Below, one piece after another: positions 30,535 through 41,305 of a stretch of DNA of 64,000 nt (position 1 is its first letter; the number at the start of each line of letters is the position of its first letter). The DNA is from an uncultured Gammaproteobacteria bacterium. GTDB taxonomy: Bacteria; Pseudomonadota; Gammaproteobacteria; GCA-001735895. The notes below the pieces were generated by a model that saw only the letters and a list, made by a program, of their open reading frames with translations, made no database searches and was not told where the DNA came from. The translations under genes and the position numbers were made by a program. The stretch lies in the NCBI GenBank assembly GCA_963835795.1, contig CAWIHJ010000087.1, positions 735 to 64,734 of the forward strand. Direction: 5' to 3'.

Positions 30535-31146
30535 TCAGCCGGGGTAACGTGCCTCGAGTCCCCGGTAGACATCGTCACGAAACCGGGCACTGTCGCTGTC
30601 AAGGGAGGTCAGCAATTCTGCCAGGTGCTCATTGTCTTCCCTGCCATCCCAGGTCTTGATATAGCTGCCGTCCTTGTAGCCGTGATCCTGGCGGAAAAAG
30701 TTTAAAACATTCTTGCCAACATAAGTTCGATAGAGCTGGTCGAAGTCCATTTCGATGAGCGCCATGATGTTGGCAAAATCCGAAAAATGCATCGATTGTT
30801 GTGCAATCGTCGATTGCGCCATGATCTCGATCGCGCTGCGGATGTCTTCGCATTGGCGAGGTTCGGATAACTCGGTCTCGATACGTGCAGCGGCGGCAGC
30901 GTTATCGCTTTCCAGTAACAGGTAATCGCTCATCGCGAAATGCAGAATATCGACCAGCTCCAGTCGCACCTGCTCAAGATCGGGTTGCTGGTGCTTCCAC
31001 CACTTCCAGCCGTAGTGATCGAGCATCTCCGCACACTCGGTCCAGATCGCCCGGTACCAGGCATTGCCGGCGTTGCGCCAGTCCGGATTGACGCGCGCAT
31101 TCATCGCATCCTGCATTTCCAGCATGATCAGCAATTGTGTCTTCAT
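30535..31146 (-). CDS. Dimeric all-alpha dUTP diphosphatase
   Basis: WKWWK, LELVDILHF, YVGKNVLNFFRQDHGYKDGSY.K.WDGREDNE. Confidence 0.9.
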   Translation of the reverse strand: MKTQLLIMLEMQDAMNARVNPDWRNAGNAWYRAIWTECAEMLDHYGWKWWKHQQPDLEQVRLELVDILHFAMSDYLLLESDNAAAAARIETELSEPRQCEDIRSAIEIMAQSTIAQQSMHFSDFANIMALIEMDFDQLYRTYVGKNVLNFFRQDHGYKDGSYIKTWDGREDNEHLAELLTSLDSDSARFRDDVYRGLEARYPG

Positions 31147-31179
31147 CGAGTTAACTCACAATATTCAATGTCAGCCACG

Positions 31180-33036
31180 TTACATACCGTATAACGCCGG
31201 CAACAGAAAGGTCAGTATCAGCCACATCAGCAGCACCAGGGGTAAACCGACGCGCACAAAATCCGTGAAGCGATAGTTTCCGGCATTCATCACCAGCAGA
31301 TTGGTCTGGTAAGCCATCGGCGTGGCGAAGCTCATGTTGGCGCCGAACAGCACCGCCAGCACGAAGGGTTCCGGGGGCTGGCCCAGTTGCTGGGCAATGC
31401 CGATCGCGATCGGCGTGCCGATAACCGCGGCCGCATTATTGGACACCACGTTGGTGAGTAGCGCCATCATCACCAGCAGGCCGCTCAAGATAAAGGTTGG
31501 CGACAGGCCTGCGGTGACATCGACGTAGGCACTGGCAATCATCAGGGCGCCGCCGGTCTCGACCATCGCAGTCCCCATCGCGAGGCTGGTGGCGATGATC
31601 AGGATCACCGGCGCGCTCAGTGCGCGCGTGGTGTCGTACCACTTGAGACAGCCGGTCACCAACAACAACAGAACCCCGCACAGGGCGCTGACTGCAATCG
31701 GCAGCAGGCCAAACGCGGCGGTTACAATGATCCCCAGCATGATCACTACCGCGAGCGGCGCCTTCGCCGAAATGGGTAGCGCCGATTTGGCATCCAGCAC
31801 CAGCAGGTTACGGCTCGATTTAAGTCGATCAATGTTGCTGATCGAACCCTGAACCAGCAGCACGTCACCCGAGTGCAGGCGCGTTTCCTCGGTGTGCTCG
31901 GTTCCCTGGCTGTTCGCCCATTTATTGGAACGAAACATCGCCAGTACCATCAACTGGTAGCGCTCACGGAAACGGATGTTGGCCAGGGTGCGCCCGTCCA
32001 GCGTCGAGCCCGGCACCACCACTACCTCGGCAATCTGCTGCGTCGAATCCTGCAGCGGGTGTTCTTCGTCGACCGGCACATCACCCGAGAACAGACTGGC
32101 ACCCAGTATCGTTTCCAGTTCCTTGAGGCGATCCGGCGTACTCTTGACGATGATGCGATCGCCGCTGCGCAGCACCAGGTCGGGCATCGGTATCAGCTTG
32201 TTCTTCTTTTCGCCGCGCACGATATGCACCACTTCCAGGTTGCCACCGCACAGCGCAATCAGTTCGGACAACTCTTTTTGGTTGGCCACGCTGTTATCGT
32301 CGATGCGTAATTGCGCGGTAAACAGGCGCGGCGACGTCGTCGGCAGGCGTGCATCGCGGTGCGGCAGCAGCAATGGCGCAATCAACCACAGGTAAAGAAT
32401 GGCGACACTGCCCGCGATCAGCGCCGGCACGATAAAATCAAACATGCCGAACTGACGCATGCCGAGATCGGCGGCAACGGCAACCACCAGCAGGTTGGTC
32501 GAAGTGCCGATAGTGGTGGCCATACCGCCGACCGAGGTCGCCAGTCCCATCGGCATCAGCGTCGCGGATGCTGGCGTACCGGTCTTCAGCGATACGCTGA
32601 TCAGGATGGGCAGCAGCAGGATTACCACCGGCGTGTTGTTGACGAAGGCGCTCAGGACCGCGCCCAGCACCAGCGTAAACAGGAAGGTCAATTTCGGGGC
32701 CTGAGTCCAGTGCCGCGCAAGCCAGCGCCCGACGGGTTCCAGCGCACCGGTGCGCACCAGCGCCTGGCCGGCAATCATCAACGAGCATACCGCCACCAGC
32801 GCCTGGTGACCGAAGCCGAGAAACAGGTCGCTCGCCTGCAATAGTCCACCGCTGCCCCGGTAAGGAAATAATTCAAACAACAGCGTCAGCATCACCAGGA
32901 TCGACAGGCTGGAGGTCGCCAGCGGCACACGCTCGCTGGCAAACAGCACGAGCGCCAGAACCACCAGGGCCATCACCGCGTAGGCATGAAAATCAGAGCT
33001 GGTTACCATCGCATCCATGGCCGGGGAGTTTAACAT
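31180..33036 (-). CDS. SLC13/DASS-family permease with TrkA-C domains
   Basis: SAFVNNTPVV, TIGTSTNLLV, two RCK_C-like segments, TNVVSNNAAA, SFATPMAYQTN. Confidence 0.9.
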   Translation of the reverse strand: MLNSPAMDAMVTSSDFHAYAVMALVVLALVLFASERVPLATSSLSILVMLTLLFELFPYRGSGGLLQASDLFLGFGHQALVAVCSLMIAGQALVRTGALEPVGRWLARHWTQAPKLTFLFTLVLGAVLSAFVNNTPVVILLLPILISVSLKTGTPASATLMPMGLATSVGGMATTIGTSTNLLVVAVAADLGMRQFGMFDFIVPALIAGSVAILYLWLIAPLLLPHRDARLPTTSPRLFTAQLRIDDNSVANQKELSELIALCGGNLEVVHIVRGEKKNKLIPMPDLVLRSGDRIIVKSTPDRLKELETILGASLFSGDVPVDEEHPLQDSTQQIAEVVVVPGSTLDGRTLANIRFRERYQLMVLAMFRSNKWANSQGTEHTEETRLHSGDVLLVQGSISNIDRLKSSRNLLVLDAKSALPISAKAPLAVVIMLGIIVTAAFGLLPIAVSALCGVLLLLVTGCLKWYDTTRALSAPVILIIATSLAMGTAMVETGGALMIASAYVDVTAGLSPTFILSGLLVMMALLTNVVSNNAAAVIGTPIAIGIAQQLGQPPEPFVLAVLFGANMSFATPMAYQTNLLVMNAGNYRFTDFVRVGLPLVLLMWLILTFLLPALYGM

Positions 33037-33079
33037 CGTCGATTCAGTGTAAGCGTTAAAATAACGCGTTAGCTGCGCT

Positions 33080-34561
33080 TTATTCCGGGCGCAGGTGCGG
33101 GAACAATATGACGTCCCGAATACTGGCCGAATCGGTCAGCAGCATGACCAGGCGATCGATACCGATGCCCTCTCCCGCCGCCGGCGGCATCCCGTATTCC
33201 AGCGCGCGAATGTAGTCTGCGTCGTAATGCATCGCTTCTTCGTCACCCGCCTCCTTGTCCTGCACCTGGCGCTGGAAACGCGCTGCCTGCTCTTCGGGAT
33301 CATTGAGCTCCGAAAAGCCATTGGCGAGCTCGCGCCCGCCGACAAAAAACTCGAAGCGATCGGTAATGAACGGGTCCTCGTCGTTGCAACGCGACAGCGG
33401 CGAAACCTCGGTCGGGTATGCGGTAATGAAGGTCGGTTGCTTGAGCTGCTCTTCGGCGGTCTTTTCGAAAATTTCGATTTGCAGCTTGCCCGCACCCCAA
33501 CTGTTTTCGCAGTGAATGCCGAGATCGGCCGCCGCCTTGCGACAATAATCGAGGTCGCGCAGTTGCGCGGGATCGAGGCCAGGGTTGTATTGAATAACGG
33601 CATCGACAACGCTCTGGCGCGCAAACGGTTGCTCGAAATCAAAACTCTCCCCCTGGTACTGCAACTGCATCGAGCCTGTGACCTGCTGTAACAACTTGCG
33701 CACCATGTCTTCGGTCAGGTCCATAAAAGTTTCGTAGTTGGCGTAGGCCTGGTAGAACTCGAGCATGGTAAATTCGGGGTTATGCCGGGTCGACAGGCCC
33801 TCGTTACGAAAATTGCGGTTGATCTCGAACACCTGCTCGATACCGCCCACTACCAGGCGCTTGAGATACAGCTCGGGCGCAATGCGCAGGTACAACTCCA
33901 TGTCCAGCGCGTTGTGGTGGGTGACGAACGGTTTGGCGGCAGCACCACCCGGGATGACTTGCATCATCGGCGTCTCGACCTCGATAAACCCTGCTTCGAT
34001 CATGTAGTTGCGAATAAACTGCACCGCCTGGCTGCGCATCGAAAACACGCGGCGCGACTCTTCGTTCATGATCAGATCGACGTAACGTTGCCGATACTTG
34101 AGCTCCTGGTCGGCGAGACCGTGAAACTTTTCCGGCAGCGGGCGCAACGATTTGGTCAGCAGTTCTATGCTGGCGACCTTGATACTCAATTCACCGGTGT
34201 TGGTCTTGAAGAGCTGTCCGCTAACACCAAAAAAATCACCGATATCGCCATGCTTGAAGGCTTCGAGGGCGTCACTGCCTATCGCATCGCCGCGCACGAA
34301 TATCTGCATTCGGCCCGACATGTCCTGCAGGTCAGCAAACACCACCTTGCCCTTGTCGCGTTGCAACATCATGCGCCCGGCGAGCTGCACCTGCAGCGCC
34401 AGCTCCTCCAGTTCCGGCTTACTCGAATCACCGTACTGCGCGTGCAATTCTCCGGCCAGGTGACGGCGTTCGAAATGATTCGGGTAAGCCTGACCCTGCT
34501 GCCTCAACTGCGCGAGCTTTTCGCGGCGTTGCTCAATATAGCGATTGTCATCGTCCATCAT
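33080..34561 (-). CDS. lysS: Lysine--tRNA ligase (class II)
   Basis: [49 protein letters not shown]. Confidence 0.97.
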   Translation of the reverse strand: MMDDDNRYIEQRREKLAQLRQQGQAYPNHFERRHLAGELHAQYGDSSKPELEELALQVQLAGRMMLQRDKGKVVFADLQDMSGRMQIFVRGDAIGSDALEAFKHGDIGDFFGVSGQLFKTNTGELSIKVASIELLTKSLRPLPEKFHGLADQELKYRQRYVDLIMNEESRRVFSMRSQAVQFIRNYMIEAGFIEVETPMMQVIPGGAAAKPFVTHHNALDMELYLRIAPELYLKRLVVGGIEQVFEINRNFRNEGLSTRHNPEFTMLEFYQAYANYETFMDLTEDMVRKLLQQVTGSMQLQYQGESFDFEQPFARQSVVDAVIQYNPGLDPAQLRDLDYCRKAAADLGIHCENSWGAGKLQIEIFEKTAEEQLKQPTFITAYPTEVSPLSRCNDEDPFITDRFEFFVGGRELANGFSELNDPEEQAARFQRQVQDKEAGDEEAMHYDADYIRALEYGMPPAAGEGIGIDRLVMLLTDSASIRDVILFPHLRPE

Positions 34562-34596
34562 TCAGTTCCAAATTACGTATGGTCTAGGCGGTAAAT

Positions 34597-34725
34597 TAAG
34601 GTAACGCTCAGAGTGTCTGTGTGGCGGTCGCCGAAGCGGCGCGACTCCGCGTTGCGTTTCTTGCAAGGGCCGGGCATTAGCTGCGAAACGCGCCTTGCCA
34701 AAATGCGTGGCTGAGCATTACCTTA
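34597..34725. mobile_element. 129-bp MITE-like element with 15-bp terminal inverted repeats between prfB and lysS
   Basis: TAAGGTAACGCTCAG (34597-34611) and CTGAGCATTACCTTA (34711-34725), 1 mismatch, TA ends, internal dyad symmetry, no ORF. Confidence 0.6.
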
Positions 34726-35833
34726 TTTCCGCTTGGGCCCTGCACCGCTTTTCAGGCTGGCTTCGATAAATTGATCGAGGTCACCGTCCAGCACCGCCTG
34801 GGTGTTACCGGTCTCAACCCCGGTGCGTAAATCCTTGATGCGCGACTGGTCGAGCACATAGGAGCGAATTTGACTCCCCCAGCCGATATCGGATTTCAGG
34901 TCTTCGATGCCTTGCGCCTTGGCGTTGCGCATCTGCACCTCGAGTTCGTAGAGCTTGGCCTTCAGCTGTTTCATCGCCGTCGCCTTGTTCTTGTGCTGCG
35001 AGCGATCGTTCTGGCACTGTACCACCACATTGGTCGGCAGGTGGGTAATACGCACTGCAGATTCGGTGCGGTTGACGTGTTGCCCGCCGGCACCGCTGGC
35101 GCGGTAGACATCGATGCGTAAATCCGAAGGATCGATATCGATATCGATATCGTCGTCGATTTCCGGGGATACGAAAGCCGAGGCGAACGAGGTGTGCCGC
35201 CGACTGCCCGAATCGAACGGCGATTTCCGCACCAGCCGGTGCACCCCGGTTTCGGTACGTAGCCAGCCAAACGCGTAAGGGCCTTCGAAACGCACGGTAG
35301 CACTCTTGATGCCGGCGACGTCACCGTCCGACACTTCGATTAATTCGGTTTTGAAGCCCCTGGCTTCTCCCCAACGCAGATACATGCGCAACAACATCTC
35401 GGCCCAGTCCTGTGCCTCGGTGCCGCCGGCACCCGATTGAATATCGAGAAATGCGTTATTTTCATCCATCTCTCCGGAAAACATCCGCCGAAACTCGAGT
35501 TCGGCAACCGTCTTTTCGATGGCATCCAGATCGGCAATCACTTCGTTGACGGTTTCGGCATCTTCCTCAACGGTTGCGAGTTCGAGTAATTCAGCGGCAT
35601 CATCAAGGGCCTGCAGCGCGCTGCCAAGGCCATTGACTACCGTTTCCAGCGCTGCCTTGTCCTTACCTAACTGCTGTGCGCGTGGAGGATCGGTCCACAC
35701 TTGCGGATTTTCCAGCTCGAGTAAAACCTCTTCGAGTTGCTCACGCTTTTGATCGTAGTCAAAGATACCCCCGGAGCGATTCCACCCTGGATATCAGGTC
35801 ATCGATTCGCTGCGAAATCTGATTCGTCTCCAC
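34723..35833 (-). CDS. prfB: Peptide chain release factor 2 with programmed +1 frameshift
   Basis: GTG at 35833, 24 codons ending CGG GGG TAT CTT TGA C; the +1 frame continues DYDQKRE..; SPF and GGQ motifs present. Confidence 0.96.
35758..35773 (-). promoter_or_regulatory. prfB +1 frameshift site with internal Shine-Dalgarno-like GGGGG
   Basis: Minus strand reads CGGGGGTATCTTTGAC. Confidence 0.92.
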
Positions 35834-35968
35834 CGTGATTGCCTATCGTCGAAAAAACGCGCATTCTACCCGATCTAAGGCGATAATATCACCCGCTTTG
35901 CACTGTTTTTCCTCTGCGTCATAGGCTAAAATATGCCGCCAAATTTCCTCACGATGAGATAACCTATA

Positions 35969-36706
35969 GTGTCCCAAGATGTAGATGTCCAACTGAAGGT
36001 CTGGAAAGACCTGGCGATCAGCAAACAAATTTTAATGGGAGCCGCAACCGATGCGCTGGGGCTCCATTCCGAATGCACCACCGACGAGCTCAAGACTGCG
36101 CTCAACGAAGCCATCAAACGTGCGCGTGATGCTGACATCACTATCCAGGAAACTCGCGCGCAGGCGGATCAACAGGTTGCCGAGTTCCGCGAACGCGCCG
36201 AGACGGCCGAAAAAGCGCGCATCGAGGCCGAAGAGCAAGTCGCAGCAGCCATCGAGGCTCGCACGACTGCAGAAAGGCAACTGGCTGCCGGCAAGGCAGA
36301 CAACGCCGACGCACTGAAAAAAATCCGCGCCGAAGTCACCGACAAGCAAAACAAGTTAAAGGCCATCTCCAAGTCGCTGGCAGATACACCCGAAAACGTC
36401 GTTCGCAAGCTGAAAACGCTGAAGAAACAGAAACTTGACGAAGCCAAGCTGCGAACCCAGGCCGAAACCCGCCTGCAGAAGATGCGCAAGGAAAAATCAA
36501 CGCTTGAAGCCGAACTTGAAGCGCAGAAAGCAACGCTCGCGAGCGTATCCAAGCTACTCGGCCAGGTGAAAGCCATGCGCGAGGCCTGTGTGCAGGCCAG
36601 GGACACCATCAAGGGCCTCTCCGACAAGAAAAAGGATCAGCTCAAATTGCCGGAATTCGACGAGACCGCTTTCGAAGAACTGGAAAAAGCCCTGTCCGAG
36701 AAGTAA
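35969..36706 (+). CDS. Long coiled-coil hypothetical protein
   Basis: 245 aa, A/E/K/L-rich heptad character, very few Pro/Gly, no recognisable catalytic motif. Confidence 0.8.
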   Translation: MSQDVDVQLKVWKDLAISKQILMGAATDALGLHSECTTDELKTALNEAIKRARDADITIQETRAQADQQVAEFRERAETAEKARIEAEEQVAAAIEARTTAERQLAAGKADNADALKKIRAEVTDKQNKLKAISKSLADTPENVVRKLKTLKKQKLDEAKLRTQAETRLQKMRKEKSTLEAELEAQKATLASVSKLLGQVKAMREACVQARDTIKGLSDKKKDQLKLPEFDETAFEELEKALSEK

Positions 36707-36742
36707 TCGCGAACGCCCGCCAGAGAACCACTGATCTACTGG

Positions 36743-36935
36743 TTAATCCGGTAACAGTGGCGGCGCATCTACCGAGACGAAGGTTTCCGGGAAAAACCAT
36801 TGAAGCGGGTCGCCGCCGAATTGCTGTAAGCGCCCGTCTGACCGATCTCGATCCAGTCCCCCTCTTCTGCATCCACCGGCAGGTAAAATGGCGCCGGCAG
36901 AATATCCAGGTTGTCGCAGGTTGGCCCGAGGATGG
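36743..36935 (-). pseudogene. Isolated C-terminal remnant of a fold-type III PLP (ornithine/lysine) decarboxylase
   Basis: ILGPTCDNLDILP..EEGDWIEIGQTGAYS..TRFNGF then (shifted frame) FPETFVSVDAPPLLPD*; the N-terminal barrel domain is absent. Confidence 0.75.
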
Positions 36936-36991
36936 GAAGCAGGATCAGTATAGTACTCACAGGCAATTGCACCCGGCACAGGCTCCAGAGC

Positions 36992-37996
36992 TCATTGCCG
37001 CCAGTGCAGCAAACTGCCCGGTCGGCGCCAGAGTTTGAAGCGCGCCCCCGGTTTTAACTCGAAGTCGACCCGGTATCCACCCCGCAACCACAGGGGCGCC
37101 GGTCTCCGCTGCAGTATTTTCACCACCGGCGCCAGCAACTGCTGTTCTATATCCAGCAACAAATCATCGAGTTGGCTATCGCTCCCGGATTTAAGCAATT
37201 GCAACAGGCGTAAATCAACAATCACGGCAGGATCCAGCGCGTCGACCTGCTGCAGTTTCGCCCGCGATGCCACGGACAATCCGAGGTTCCCGGCAAAGCG
37301 GTTTAACAGTTCATCGTCGCAGTACCAGGCGGGCTGTGCGCCTGGCAAAGGTCGCGGCCCTGCTCCCCAGGCCCACAGGCTGTTAATCGACAGTTCACCA
37401 CGGAGCTGGCGCTCCGCGTTTAGCGGGTGCTGGTGCATGAACATCTGGAATTCATTGATCAACCGATACCAGGGTAATACCTGGCGCGATTGCTCGACAA
37501 AGGGACCGACACTCTTGCCCATGACCGACAGCGGATGCGGGTAATGGGTCGGCGGATCGAAATCTTGCAGGCGCAGCAAGTAGAGGCCATCGGCAATAGA
37601 AGTTATATCGCAATCTACATGAAATAAGTCTTGCAAATCATTGATTATAATGTCTATTTCATGAATATTTTCCTGCGTTTTCGGTATCGGGACTGCAACG
37701 GCACCGTGTAGGTCCGCTTGCAGGTGAATGCCTTCCATCAACATCAGGCGTTCAGGAACCTCGTCGTCCGGGGCAAAAGCCGCCGCCATTGCCAGTCCCG
37801 CGGGCCGGCCAGGCTGGCGCATCCCCAACGCGTTTGCGATCAGGTCATCGAGGCTGTAGTCGAAGTTTTCGCGCGTGGTTGCCCTGCCCAGTATGCGATT
37901 CAGGTACGGGAGTTTGCGATTGATAAATTCAGGATCGAGCTCTTCCAGCGGCAGATCGAACAAACCGGGCAAGAGGATATGTACACCGGAGGTCAT
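36992..37996 (-). CDS. RpfE-type / phosphoglycerate-mutase-like conserved protein
   Basis: W.RLINEFQMFMHQHPLNAERQLRGELSINSLWAWGAG family motif. Confidence 0.7.
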   Translation of the reverse strand: MTSGVHILLPGLFDLPLEELDPEFINRKLPYLNRILGRATTRENFDYSLDDLIANALGMRQPGRPAGLAMAAAFAPDDEVPERLMLMEGIHLQADLHGAVAVPIPKTQENIHEIDIIINDLQDLFHVDCDITSIADGLYLLRLQDFDPPTHYPHPLSVMGKSVGPFVEQSRQVLPWYRLINEFQMFMHQHPLNAERQLRGELSINSLWAWGAGPRPLPGAQPAWYCDDELLNRFAGNLGLSVASRAKLQQVDALDPAVIVDLRLLQLLKSGSDSQLDDLLLDIEQQLLAPVVKILQRRPAPLWLRGGYRVDFELKPGARFKLWRRPGSLLHWRQ

Positions 37997-40620
37997 ACCA
38001 CCGGGTCAGACAGGCTGGTGGTCAGCAATTCGTTCAAATCGTTGGACATATCGTCGCTGGCCAACATGACTTCGACCTGGGTCTTCATCAACTGCTCCTG
38101 TTGCGCCGCCAGTTTGCGCCAGTGCATGAACGGATTGGCGAGACGCGCGGCAACATGCGGGTTGATCGCATCCAGTTGCAATATTTTCTGCGCCGCGAGC
38201 GCGTAGCCCGCGCCGTCCTGCTGGTGAAATGCACTCGAATTGGCCAGCATCGCGCCGAGCAGGGAGCGCGCTCGATTGGGATTGGTCAGCGAATAGGCCG
38301 GATGGTCGAACAGGGGTTTGATCTGCTCGAGCGCATTTTCCACCTGGGTGGAGCCGAGTACGCTAAACCACTTGTCGATCACCAGTGCGTTGTCCTTCCA
38401 TTGCCGGTAGAACTGCGACACGATGCGATCGCGCAAGGGGTGGCGGCAATGCACCACGACCTGCAGGCAGGCAATCTGGTCAGTCATGTTATCGGCCTGG
38501 TCGAATTGGCTGGCACACAGGTCAAAATAATCGTCCCGCTCGAGGTGCAGCAGATAACCCAGGCAAATGTTTTTCAGCCGTCTGCGCGCCATGGCATCCG
38601 GGTTTAGTTGATATGGACCCGTGTCGCTACAATCCCGGTAATGCGCCAGCAGCCGCGCTTCGTTGCCACCAGCAAGCGCCAGTTTGAGGGCTTCGCGCGC
38701 GCCGCGCACCCGATGTACATCCACGCGCTCGAGCATTTCACCGATGTATTTTTCACTCGGCAACACCAGCATTTCGGCCACCAGCGCACGCTCAGGAATT
38801 TCACCCGCAAGCAAGTCAGCAAAGGCATCGACAAGGGGCTGCGCCAATTCGGACCAGCTATCATCTGACTCGGCTTCGATCATAGCCAGTAGAATGCGGC
38901 TGGCGAGCTGCTGGCCCGCCTCCCATCGATTAAAGGCATCGCTGTCGCAAACCATCAGGCGCGCGAGTTCGGCGTCGCTCTGGTCGGTGGTCACAATCAC
39001 CGGCGCCGAGAATCCGCGAAACGCCGATATCATCACCCCTTTCGGCATATTGGCGAAGCTGAGCCGGGTCTGTGGTTCGCGAAAATCAATGATCTGTTCC
39101 AGCTGGCCGTCGGCACCCATGGGTAGCGGTGCGCCATCGCGTGCGAACAGCGCCAGGCGCATCGGTATGTGAAATGGCCGGTTCAACTCGCCACGCGTGG
39201 TGCCAGCGTTTTGCGTCACCTGCAGGCTCAGTGTCTGCTTCGACTCATCGTATTCCCGGCGAATATCAATACGCGGTGTACCCGCCTGTTCATACCAGCG
39301 CTGAAAATGGCTTAAATCGATCCCCGAGGCATCCTGCATGGCCATGCGGAAATCGTCGGTGGTGACGGCTTCACCATCGTGACGCGCAAAGTAAAGATCC
39401 ATCCCCTTGCGGAAATTTTCCTTGCCCAGCAGGCAATGCATCATGCGCACCACTTCGGCGCCCTTGTTATACACCGTGGCGGTATAGAAGTTGTTGATCT
39501 CCTGGTAGGAAGCGGGTCGCACCGGGTGCGCCATCGGGCCGGCATCCTCGCTGAATTGATGATTGCGCAAAACGCGCACATCGGTGATGCGTTGAATCGC
39601 CCTGGAGAACATGTCAGCGCTGAATTCCTGGTCGCGAAACACCGTCAACCCTTCCTTCAGGCTCAATTGAAACCAGTCCCGGCAGGTAACCCGGTTGCCG
39701 GTCCAGTTATGGAAGTACTCGTGCGCGATCACGCCTTCGATGCCGAGGTAATCGTCGTCGGTCGCCGTTTCGGCCTTGGCCAGCACGTACTTGGTATTGA
39801 ATACATTGAGCCCCTTGTTTTCCATCGCACCCATGTTGAAATCATCGACCGCAACGATCATGTACAGGTCGAGGTCGTATTCCAGCCCATACACTTCCTC
39901 GTCCCAGCGCATCGCCTTTTGCAGCGAAATGAGCGCGTGCTCGCACTTGTCACTATTGTGATGCTCGGTAAAGATCTGCAGCTGTACCTGCCTGCCCGAA
40001 GCGGTTTGAAACTGGTCCTCGATACAGGCCAGGTCACCGGCTACCAGCGCAAACAGGTAACAGGGCTTCGGATACGGGTCCTGCCAGCGCACCCAGTGTC
40101 GTTCACCCTCGACTCCACTGTCCTCGCAGTTACCGTTCGACAGCAACAGCGGGCAGGATGCGCGCAGCGCATGAATCTCGGTGGTGAACACCGACATCAC
40201 GTCCGGACGATCGAGGTAATAGGTGATGTAGCGAAAACCTTCGGCTTCACATTGAGTGCAAAAGGTGCCATTGGACAGGTAAAGACCTTCCAGGCGCGTA
40301 TTCGCCTCGGCATTGATCTCCACTTCACAGCGAATTTCGAAGCGCTCCGGCAGGTTGGCAAGGGTCAAACTCTCGGCATCCACTCGATACTCATCAGCGC
40401 CGAGCAGGCGGCCATCCAGGCGCAATTCCAGCAACTTCATTTCGATCCCGTCGAGCACCAGTTCAGCCGCTGGGTCGCTGCTGATACGATGCATCTGCAA
40501 ACGACTGCACACGCGCGTGCGGCTGGCATCCAGGTGAAACTCCAGGTGGGTTTCGGAAATCCCGAAATCGGGTGGCTGATAATCCTTCAAATGTTTGCGC
40601 AGGTGCTGATCGGTCTTCAT
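37993..40620 (-). CDS. pepN: Aminopeptidase N
   Basis: CTQCEAEGFR, MGAMENKGLN, HEYFHNW..SLKEG, YNKGAEV, NPNRARSL. Confidence 0.96.
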   Translation of the reverse strand: MKTDQHLRKHLKDYQPPDFGISETHLEFHLDASRTRVCSRLQMHRISSDPAAELVLDGIEMKLLELRLDGRLLGADEYRVDAESLTLANLPERFEIRCEVEINAEANTRLEGLYLSNGTFCTQCEAEGFRYITYYLDRPDVMSVFTTEIHALRASCPLLLSNGNCEDSGVEGERHWVRWQDPYPKPCYLFALVAGDLACIEDQFQTASGRQVQLQIFTEHHNSDKCEHALISLQKAMRWDEEVYGLEYDLDLYMIVAVDDFNMGAMENKGLNVFNTKYVLAKAETATDDDYLGIEGVIAHEYFHNWTGNRVTCRDWFQLSLKEGLTVFRDQEFSADMFSRAIQRITDVRVLRNHQFSEDAGPMAHPVRPASYQEINNFYTATVYNKGAEVVRMMHCLLGKENFRKGMDLYFARHDGEAVTTDDFRMAMQDASGIDLSHFQRWYEQAGTPRIDIRREYDESKQTLSLQVTQNAGTTRGELNRPFHIPMRLALFARDGAPLPMGADGQLEQIIDFREPQTRLSFANMPKGVMISAFRGFSAPVIVTTDQSDAELARLMVCDSDAFNRWEAGQQLASRILLAMIEAESDDSWSELAQPLVDAFADLLAGEIPERALVAEMLVLPSEKYIGEMLERVDVHRVRGAREALKLALAGGNEARLLAHYRDCSDTGPYQLNPDAMARRRLKNICLGYLLHLERDDYFDLCASQFDQADNMTDQIACLQVVVHCRHPLRDRIVSQFYRQWKDNALVIDKWFSVLGSTQVENALEQIKPLFDHPAYSLTNPNRARSLLGAMLANSSAFHQQDGAGYALAAQKILQLDAINPHVAARLANPFMHWRKLAAQQEQLMKTQVEVMLASDDMSNDLNELLTTSLSDPVV

Positions 40621-40725
40621 ACTTCAAGCCTTAGAAATAGTCGCGTAAGTGTACCGCATTATCTATTGTCGCCGGGCTAATTGAGGTATCATTCGCGGCA
40701 TTTTTCATACCCTGGAGAATCAACA

Positions 40726-41158
40726 ATGGCTGTCGAACGAACTCTTTCGATCATCAAGCCCGACGCGGTCGCCAAGAACGTGATCGGTGAAATTTACAAA
40801 CGCTTCGAAAGCGCTGGACTGCGCATCGTCGGCGCCCGCATGGAGCACCTGAGCGCGGAAAAAGCCGGTGAATTTTACGCAGTGCACAAGGAGCGCCCGT
40901 TTTACCAGGACCTGGTCGACTTCATGACCTCGGGTCCGGTCATGGTGCAGGTACTCGAAGGCGAGGATGCGATCGCCAAAAACCGCGAAGTGATGGGCGC
41001 AACCAATCCGGCCGACGCCGCGCCCGGCACCATTCGCGCGGATTTCGCGCAAACCGTCGATGAGAATGCCGTGCATGGCTCGGACGGCGTCGGATACCGC
41101 ACGCGTCGAGATCGAATTCTTCTTCGGTAGCGACGGCGTCTGCCCGCGCACTCGATAA
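40726..41158 (+). CDS. ndk: Nucleoside diphosphate kinase (frameshift near 41092, likely sequencing error)
   Basis: [30 protein letters not shown]; the alternate frame gives [21 protein letters not shown]. Confidence 0.93.
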
Positions 41159-41305
41159 CCTCTAGCCAGCAACGGCGCGACTCTAAGCGCTGTTGCTGGT
41201 TTCATTTCGGGCGGCGCAGCGATTCCTGACTGTTAGCTAAAAAACTACTCGAAAGTGTCGGCAGGCGTATAATCGGCAGCCCGGTAACGATTGTGAGGTT
41301 CCACG

